64,000 nt of DNA from Tubulanus polymorphus. Lineage: Eukaryota; Animalia; Nemertea. The notes under the pieces are model-generated. The model saw only the letters and a list, made by a program, of their open reading frames with translations, ran no database searches and was not told the DNA's origin. Positions 54,951 through 64,000 of the stretch are shown one piece after another; the stretch's first letter is position 1; each line of letters opens with the position of its first letter. The position numbers and the translations under genes are program-made. The stretch is taken from the NCBI RefSeq assembly GCF_964204645.1, contig NC_134028.1, positions 14,763,653 to 14,827,652 on the forward strand. Reading direction: 5' to 3'.

Positions 54951-57505
54951 CCAAAAATAGCTCAGTTATGGATAAAGAATATCTGGATGTTGTCAAACAG
55001 TTTCTTGAAAACCCAATGCATCCAGATGTTAAGAATTATTTTCCCAACAGCCAAAGCTTAGCCAAATTCCGACATCAGGTAAATGTTCTCGTTGTGAATG
55101 CTTGACGTCTTGTATCACTACAATTTTCTCATAATAGAACTGATTTATGAAGTGATGCTTCGTCTTATTTTGCAGGTCAAAACCAAAGGTTTTACTTTAT
55201 AAGAGGAGGAAAACGGTGATAAGAATGTAGTTGCACCATGCAAAAGTGATGTACGTATCTTACATGGAAAATATCATTTTATTGCAGTATGTACAGAAGT
55301 TATTCATTTGCTCCAAATGGGTTGTTTCAGGTTTCAAGGAAACTCAGAGTTATCCCTTTGGAAGATTTTGATCAAATCATATTATCCTGTCACGAGGCTA
55401 TTGGGCATGGTGGAGAGAATGCTACATTTAAAAAGGTAAAATTATTCCCTGAGGTTTTAGTTAATCATATCTTTAATCACTTATTCAAAAGATCAACTTT
55501 CAGGTTCAAGAAAACTACTTCGGTGTCATTCGAATTCATGTAAGGAATACCTTGAAAAAATGCAAAGTGTGCACACTGAAATCATCGCAAACTGGCAGAG
55601 CCCCAGTCATTCCGATCATTAGCCAAAATGTATTCGAAAGAATTCAGGTAAGACATAACTTTTATTTAAGGTCTGAGTACTATTATCGTTAATTCATACA
55701 TGTATATTCATTTCAGGTTGACTTGATTGATATGCAACGTCAAGAAACAGAAGGTTATCGCTTCATATTGCATGCTATTGACCATGCCTCCAAATTTCAT
55801 TTTCTGTGGCCCTTGAAGGGGAAATTTGCGACTGATGTGAAAGATGCTCTCAGGATCCTATTCAGTTTTACTGGGCTGCCCAAAATTCTTCAATGTGATA
55901 ATGGAGGTGAATTTTCTGACCAGGAACTGGGTGATCTTCTGTCTGAATGGCCCTCCAGCTGTAAAATTGTCCATGGTAGACCTCGTCATCCCCAGAGCCA
56001 GGGCTTAGTAGAACGGGGTCATCGTATCGTGGCTGATAAAATTGCCTCATTCAAAGCGTCTTTCACTGCAAAAGGAGAATTTCCATGGCATCATTATTTA
56101 CCACGAATTATGTGTAAGTAAAATTGAACACGATATCTTGATTAATTCATAATATGCTTCCCCTATATGCTCAATGTTTTTTGCTTCTTTAGATATGATC
56201 AACACTACGTATTCCACACGAATAAAATGTACCCCCTATGAATGTGTGTATGGGCAAAAACCCCCAAATATTGCACTTCAGGTAAAATTTGTAGTTACTT
56301 CAGCAAATGGTATTTATATCATTATTCAGTCCTTATAAGAAATTGTATTTGATTATAGTCAAATGAACATAATGACGAAGAGGAGGGCAATGCAGAAGTA
56401 TGTACTAATACTCACTAAAATCTATTTTAGGGCAGGGCTGTAGGAACCGGGGAGCCATGCCCCCCCCCCCCATTTTCTGACTCTTGCCTATGACTTCCTA
56501 CATGCCTAGGGTAGGTCTCCATAGTACCTACGTAGTGGCAGAAATGGTGAAACTGTGAGCTTATATCATTCCTAATTTCAACCAGGAAGTACTCAGAATG
56601 TACCTAAATGATATAATTTTTCAAAATTTTATGACCATTTAGTGCTTTGTGCCTGCTACGCCGTCATTATGGGCCACAATTCGTTCCTATGGCCCTGTAG
56701 GGTGTAGTAAGAAATTAAGTTTCAAATACAGTAGTATCACAAAGTCAAAATACCTTTCAAAATTAATCAACATCTTGTAAACAGAGCCAGGCTGTAGATA
56801 TTATCTTAATGCATGTTTTTTTTATAATACTTAACAAGTATCAGTAATCCATATTCTTTTTCATAGGCCATAACAATTCAGAGTGATGAAGATATTACGG
56901 TGTGTACATGCTTGATTGATTATCTTGTGTATATATTCGATTTAATTTTAAATACAAATATGTCTATCTCGTCTCCTGCAGAATAAGGCTCATTGAAATC
57001 TTGTCCTGAGAAAAGATAACTGCCAACTTGCATTTTATAAAGGGATACTTACAGTATTTCATTAATGTAAACTTTGTGGCATTTCTAAGAGATGTATATT
57101 TAAAAAATTAACAATTTTTCAAGTGTCAGAAAATCGACATTTATTGCAAGTGCAGTGTTTACCAATTTTCATATCTGTATATCACTCAACTTTTTTCAGA
57201 TGGAACCAAATGCCTCAACCACTTCGCAAGTAAGCCTTTTTAACAATGCACAAAACTTGTCACTTTGCTATAACCTAAACTCTACTTACTACATTTGGCC
57301 TTATTTTAAGCTGGCTAACCAATGCACCACTTCCATTCTAGGGATTTGATTTTAGTGAGCTGCCAATAAAGAGAGTTAAGGTTGCTAATGAGCTAGCAAC
57401 TAAGGAAGCTCACCAAAAAATTAGGATGGCTGCTAACCTTGCCTCCTTAAACGGCGCAAAAAGGATGTTGAAAAGGGGATACAAAGAACAACTAATATTC
57501 AAAGT
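54951..57505 (+). pseudogene. Ginger2/TDD-type (SCAND3/KRBA2-like) integrase: H2C2 zinc-binding domain plus rve core, spliced
   Basis: CHEAIGHGG...KKCKVC; FERIQVDLIDM, AIDHASKF, LPKILQCDNGGEF, IVHGRPRHPQSQGLVER, TPYECVYG. In-frame TAA at 55200-02. The expected similarity appears to stop after LIFKV (~57505). Confidence 0.85.
56433..56697. mobile_element. hAT-like MITE with 5-bp duplication
   Basis: CAGGGCTGTAGGAAC / GTTCCTATGGCCCTG, flanks TAGGG on both sides. Confidence 0.75.
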
Positions 57506-59812
57506 TCGAATTATGGTGGGAAAAGTCTACATCTTCCCCCAAAAATGACTGTCATGTGTCTTGATTTGGAATGTTCTTAATTTTTGCCATATCATTCACC
57601 TTGTGGAGGCATATTTTTGACCCAAACAAATGTGTAGATAATTATTGGTCCAGCACCTTAAACTTTCCTTTAACATTTACAAATTTAGAAAAATTGTGCT
57701 TGCCATATAAAATTCACCAAATTGATGCAGCCAATGTACTTTATGACGAGTATCGAAACGCTGTATCATTTTGATGTTTCTAATGAATGTTAGGACCAAT
57801 TGAACGCCTAAACTTGCGGTTTTTAAATACGTAATCTAATTTAGAATGCCGCAATATCTATTGATTCTTTATCAACGCGCAATGGATCCTATCTTAATCA
57901 ATCCAATTGCGCTCCTTAAAGACAGGCTTACTAGCTGGGCCTGAATATTTAAATTTCCTCTATCTAGCTTATGTAACTGTTATTGAACAATCCTTCAAAC
58001 ATGGATAAAGCCTTATGTAAAATTTTAATCATTGCAATTAGTGTAGAAAGACTGTGACACCGGGCCTAATCATTACACCGACACACACTTATACTACAGA
58101 ATATATAGCCCACATTCGATAATGACAATGGTTTTCTATGATATGGGTGCTTCTTTCAGGACCCCATAGCGATCTGACTTCAAATTTGAATTTTGTTTTA
58201 GTTGTGATTTTGTTATGGATTTATCGATCATTCAACTCTAGCCAAAGTGATGTGATATGTATTAGTTGGCATAGGCAGGGTTGGTATGTTTGCCTCAGTT
58301 TAACACATACATGTATTTTGAATTCAATAGGGAGTACACTATAGCGTAGTTAGTCCCATGAATTACTATATATGATCATTATCAATTTCAAAAATTATAA
58401 TTTTGCGTGTATCTTTATTCATAAAGGTACATATCTCCTTGTTCATTCTTGTCACAAACTGAAGATAGTGTACGTTTTATTTGAGTGAGCATCGATTTGA
58501 TAGTGTTTGTTGATGTTTTTGCAACAATTTGATTCTGAGCAGCTGAGCACTAGAGTAGGCCTATTGTCTCGGTCGTGCCAGAAAATTTGAAAAAAAAATA
58601 CAAGCGCTCAGATAATCTGCAGCAGATACGTTTTTTCGGTGATCCAACTGTTCCCCAGGCCTAGTTGCAGTAACACATGCCAGTATATAAACTTACCACA
58701 CGATTGAATATGATATAATAGGAAGTCTGAAAAATGATTGGTTCGGCGTTAAGGTTCGGCGCATATTCGCTCGAAAACGCGTAACCATAGAAGTTCAATC
58801 AAATTATTCTGTTAGTAGATAGAAAAATATGATTATCTCCTATTTTTGATTGTCATATCGTCCGCATACAAAGCCGTCACTTCAAGAAATAGAAATATTG
58901 CAACTCCGATAACGAGGAAGGCCTATATGATTTTGAAATGAAATCGCCGTTTTCCAAAAGAAATCAAAGTCAAACTGAAAGCAGTTGAATTTAGGAGCCA
59001 TCTCATTTTACATGAAGAATACCGAATCTGGGAGGATGATTGTAGGCCTACGAACCGCATTGTTAGAAATCACCTTATGATATCCAATCAATTTTTGAAA
59101 ATTGCTTTAGGTGACGAACAAAATTTCCCTAATATTAAACATTTCATGAAAAAACTTTATACAAGACCGAGACAAATCATTAGTTGGTGGCGTAGGGGAA
59201 ATTGAAACTTCCAAAAATTCAGCTCATCAAAATACCATGACAAAAAAAATCAAGTTGCGAGCGCGAATGTTTAACATTTATACGGAATTTTGAATTATGA
59301 ATGAAGCATTTGGGGATGTTAGGCCTAATTCTGTTCGTAAATCCTTGAACAGCGCATTTCTACAGCGTAACGATCTATTTTACCAGAAAGTAAGCGGTTG
59401 GCTATAAGTCACAATTTATCATCAAAACATGGAATTATAAAATATTCCTAATTTTTGATGGGTCCCGCAACTATATATATGATGTCTTGATATTTTGGGA
59501 AAAAGATGTGCATAATCGAAAAGCAGGCGGTAGCCATATCAGAACTCAAAAGACAACTTGTTAATTTTCATATTAAGATTGCTTTTTCTTTTTTAAGCAA
59601 GGAATTAGTCTTTCTCTAAAGCTTATTTTTTCAGAAAAAAAGTATATAGTTGCGGCTTGCCTAATCTGGGCAGGCAAATATTCTGATATCATCTAAAATT
59701 CTAGCAAAGAAACGGATATGATATCAGATGATATCTATGAATTCATTTTCTATACAATTCTTATAGAAGAAATGGGAAGAAGGGGGGGAGAAAAGAAAGA
59801 GGAAAGAGGAAA

Positions 59813-59859
59813 GATTTTAGCGGGCTACCGGCGCTTCGCGCCGGTAGCCCGCTAAAATC
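59813..59859. repeat. Perfect 22-bp-stem hairpin
   Basis: GATTTTAGCGGGCTACCGGCGC-TTC-GCGCCGGTAGCCCGCTAAAATC. Confidence 0.9.
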
Positions 59860-61509
59860 ATCGTTTCGCCAAAGCGATTTTAAATTTAGAGTAGTGCGCA
59901 TATATTCTCAGATGGCACGATTCCTATTCGGCACGCAACATATTTCTAAAAGGAAATATACTGCGACAGGTGGTTTTGCAAAGTCATTAAAAATCAAGAT
60001 CAAAAGCGTCTAAGGGTACAATTATTCCGATTTTGGAGAGAGAAGTCATAAAGAATGAATAAATTAATGAAGATTAAAAAATCGGAAGTGATAAACGAAC
60101 AGTTTAAAAGCGAAAGCACCCGTCGCGATAAAATGAAGATTTAAATAAATTACAAAATCATTATGAAAAACGAAACGAAAAGAAACAAATGCTACCGTTG
60201 ATAGTATTCACGTACAAATTGTAGAATGAGAATAGAAAATTTAATTGAATACAAGTCACGAGAAGAGCAAAGAGATTTAGACAATCAATCCGGGGCTTGA
60301 AATAAAGAAACTGCTTAAAATGAATAAACTCGAATGCAAGATCTTTGCTTTCGAATAATTTGTTAATTACAAGGTAGACCTAAGGTTCATATAAATCTAT
60401 ATTTTTGAATTTTGAAATCAGGGGATTTAAAAATAGTATTCATCATTAGCGGGACGTCGATTCAGCAATTAATTTTTCAGGGAAGAGCCGATCAGCCTTG
60501 AAAGGGAATGCGTGAGTGTCGCAAAAAAATTATCTCATTGCTAATCAATGTTGAATAATAAGATGTACGTTGTTTTCTGAATACTAAAAGATTCTTAATT
60601 TTATTTGTGTTCTGTCTACTTAATTGCGGAAATCCGATGTATTTGCAGTACTGGGAACAATAAAGTATTGAATAAAGTAACAATTAAGTATAGATGATGA
60701 GTATCAATAAATTATATTCGAACTTGAATTTGAGCCCACATGGGACGAACTCTTTTATCAGATCGGAGAATCCGTTTGCCTCCAATCGTACTCTTTTATT
60801 GGTCACGTGACTTTTTGGAGTCTCCGAAACCTCCTTTCTGTCGAGGTGGTGTGATTCGGATTTTGTGTGGAGCCAACCGGAGATTTCGGACGGAGACTTT
60901 GGAGGTCATAAAAGAGTATGCCCTACGTAGGTGGTGGTATTGGAAGACACCAGGTGGTTCGATCGACTTAATATGCTCCAGCGCCGTGGCGCTGTCGCAA
61001 AAACATCGAAACTATTAAAATTTATTCAAAACCTCGAATTTTTTGGTTTTAAGCGATAAACCATTTTCAAGATTGACTAAAAGTATGGCATTACCATTAT
61101 GAGAATGCCGGTTTGCTAGCGTATCTATTTAACACCCGTATTGCTCGGGTTAGTTTTACTACCAACGGGTGGCGCTGTATGTAAATTTCACATAAATCAA
61201 CGACTTTCGGCTATTAGCGGTAGGCCTACTTAAGACCACTTGAAAACATCATAGTCAATTACGTAGTGAAAGTAAAAAGTTACAGTTCCGTGTACAGCAC
61301 CATAGCACCCATATAATACCACATACATTTTATTCAGACTAAGGACTATTAGTTAACACCGATCTTCATTTCCATTAATTAATGGTCTGTTGAATTAATT
61401 AGTAATCCAGTCTTTCGGTGTTCGAGATAAAATGCCCGCAAAATAAGAACTAACGAACCAGAGCTGACCACAAATTGCCCAACAGATATTTTTCTGGAAA
61501 CGACACAAT

Positions 61510-61960
61510 CATGTTTAGTATCAAATAACTCGTGGCGTGGACCTTGGTCTATTAACTGACCAATGCATGACCAGTACTGGCTATATAGTAAATTATCTGT
61601 TTTGCAAACAATTAAGTTGTTTGGTGTCAAATAACTAGATATGATGTGGACATTAAACTAAAAATTGTTTAACTGACCAATGCTTGACCAGTACTGACCA
61701 GTTACCACCAACTAGAACCCACCATATGTAATTTATATGTTTAGTAAAGCAATAAAATCGTGTTTGGGCGTCGAGCTATTAGATACGGTGCGGGCTATGA
61801 TCTAACAACTATTTAACTGACCAATTTTTGACCAATACTGACCTTAAAGTAATTTGTCTATTCTAGAAGCAAAGTCGTGTTTGGTGTCAAATAATGAGAA
61901 ATGGTGTAGGCTTTCATCTAACAACTATTCAACTGACCAAATCTTGACCAATACTGACCC
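61510..61960. repeat. Diverged tandem repeat (~110-140 bp, 4 units)
   Basis: Recurring (G)TGTTTGGTGTCAAATAA...AACTGACCAA..TGACCA(A/G)TACTG. Confidence 0.7.
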
Positions 61961-63550
61961 ATGCCGAACTTTCTCGTGAATCCATTGTTGCGCATGACAG
62001 CCATCGTCGCATTGTTGGAGCTCGCGCGCTATTGAGTTTTGTGTTAGTGATTTGATTTAAACGGCAGTTAATCTTACATAATGTTTTATTGTAAAAAGTT
62101 GAATATTAATAAATTTACTCTAGAATAATGTGATTCTCGTGATGTAAAAATCATTTACCAACTGTAGATAAAGGTTTTTCCAAATTCACTGTAAAAATTG
62201 ATCAGTAAAGTCAATTGTTTTTCCCATTACGGGCATGCGTTGAACAGCGTCTTAGCATGTTTGACCGTTAATTAATGGAGCAAAAATGCATTTTATACAA
62301 AAGTTGACTATACAGCCGTTAAATTCAGATCTCAACGGTCACAACGATGTAAGAAGAATTCAGATAGTCGCGGGTTAGCTTTTTCCAATTTAGAGGCAAA
62401 AACCGGCATTTCTGTAAAAATCAGACAAACTTCAAGGTTTTAACTGCGCAATCAAAATCGCAGAATCAAAGAATAATATCATAGAATTTGACGAAATATT
62501 TAACGTAAACTTCCATATTCGTGAAAGACGATCACGCAATGCTGTTTGCCACAGAAATCCACCAACCCTTCCCATTTAATCATAAAAAATCCCTTCTGGA
62601 ATCAGGTCCTGTCTGTCCCTCGGAATATATTTCTCAGCTCAATTGACTTTTCAACCGTCGGTTTTCGGTCCGCATTGAAATCTCGTCAATCTTTGGTCGC
62701 TCCACTTCGCTACCGCTCCGCTCCGCGACCAATTGATTTATTTACAATACACAAATTCATATAATCAAATATATTTTAATAATTATTATTATTCTATTAT
62801 TCAACTGAAATACACACGGTTATGAAAATATATTATAGTTTTAAATTACTTTTAATATTTGTTCTTAATGAACTCGACCATTCAACCTTTAACCTGAAAG
62901 CCCATTACCCCTATTACTCTTAAAATAATCATACGTATACATGAATAACATTTAAATTGACAGATTATTCAATATAAAAGTATATATTTACAACATTATT
63001 TCAATATTCATATTTGTGCGAGTTAGATTTTTAAACATTAAAAGTGTTAGTAAAGTACCTAGCACGATTTCAGCGTTTTTCGGGAATTCCCTGAAATTTC
63101 GGCGTTTTTCGGAAATTCCCTGAAATTTCAGCGTTTTTTTTTCAGCGTTTCAGTGTTTCAGCTTTTTCAGCGAAGTTCAGGAACCGCTCAGGTGACAGGT
63201 CGATTCGCTAAAGTGAAAATCTTGCTGACTGAACCGATGAGAGATAGCCGATTCGAACAGAACGTAGCGCTTTCGGAACATTTTATTTAAAACAAAAAAA
63301 TACCTACGCTGTTTTTATGAATTTATATTTATGTTTACATAGAAATATACAGAAATTAGATCAGATGTCTTGAAATATGATAGTGACTTACTTGTTTACA
63401 ATCATTTAAGGTAAGAATTTGTGATAATTTATTTTTTACATTATTGGAAGCAAAAACAATCGGTTTGATTGTGACTTATTTCAAAAACAAAAAACAATTT
63501 AATACAAGAATTTTTGATACCGGGTGGATAATTTTTTACAATAATGAAGC

Positions 63551-63714
63551 ATGAATATATACAGGAGAATGCTTTTTACACTATTAAAACATTAAAATAT
63601 ACAGGAGAATGCTTTTTACAACATTAAAACATGAACATATACAGGAGAATGCTATGAACAATATTAAAACATGAGAATATACAGGAGAATGCTATTTACA
63701 ATATTAAAACATGA
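63551..63714. repeat. Minisatellite (~41 bp, 4 units)
   Basis: ATATACAGGAGAATGCT...ATTAAAACAT repeated. Confidence 0.85.
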
Positions 63715-64000
63715 AACTTACTTTCTAATTTGACTTACTTGTTTACTATTGAAACCGGTAAAAACCGGAGGATAATGAATTCGATTCATTAATGTAAGTT
63801 TCTTATGATAACTTTTTTATACGGTTAAAAGCATGTATTTGTGTATTTGTTACAAAAAACCATCGTTAAAGAATTTCTTCATTAGGTGTAGTACGATGGC
63901 GTACTTTTTCGTCTCAGTACGACGACCTAAATTGTCACTTTCTTGGTATGAGACATTTCGATATCTCATCACTAATGTGTTCACAATCTCCTACTTGATT

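Larger units (their letters stand above)
43928..59940. mobile_element. Candidate Ginger2/TDD DNA transposon carrying a USP-integrase gene
   Basis: Left CGTTATGCGCCAAGTGGGAAT..CGTGCCAAGTAAGAAT vs reverse complement of the right end TGTTGCGTGCCGAATAGGAATCGTGCCATCTGAGAAT. TATT flanks both ends. The TIRs are diverged, so the pairing is not certain. Confidence 0.5.

Noticed and set aside
63551-63714. CRISPR-like regularly spaced repeats
   Set aside because: The intervening segments are similar to each other (minisatellite), the context is eukaryotic, and there are no cas genes.

Overview
AT-rich, intron-containing animal (invertebrate-type) genomic DNA, mostly nested transposable elements. The one recognisable host gene is POLR3D/RPC4, with two coding exons on the minus strand (27651-27868 and 26036-26202). 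The elements are: a CR1/L2-type LINE fragment; a full-length Gmr1-type (integrase-before-RT) Ty3/Gypsy LTR retrotransposon; an ISL2EU-type Harbinger element; a Penelope fragment; two Kolobok copies, one with THAP and KolX; a DIRS fragment; a large Academ-like element with a PHD-finger ORF; and many MITEs. The most interesting signal is at about 44.1-57.5 kb. Manual splicing of about 25 GT-AG exons gives a complete ubiquitin-specific protease (USP/C19) domain. It is followed on the same strand by a linker of tandemly repeated micro-exons and then a Ginger2/TDD-type H2C2+rve integrase. The unit lies between diverged (C/T)GTT inverted termini with a 4-bp TATT duplication, so it is a candidate deubiquitinase-carrying Ginger2 DNA transposon or a domesticating USP-integrase fusion. 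All assignments come from reading motifs by eye; no database searches were run.
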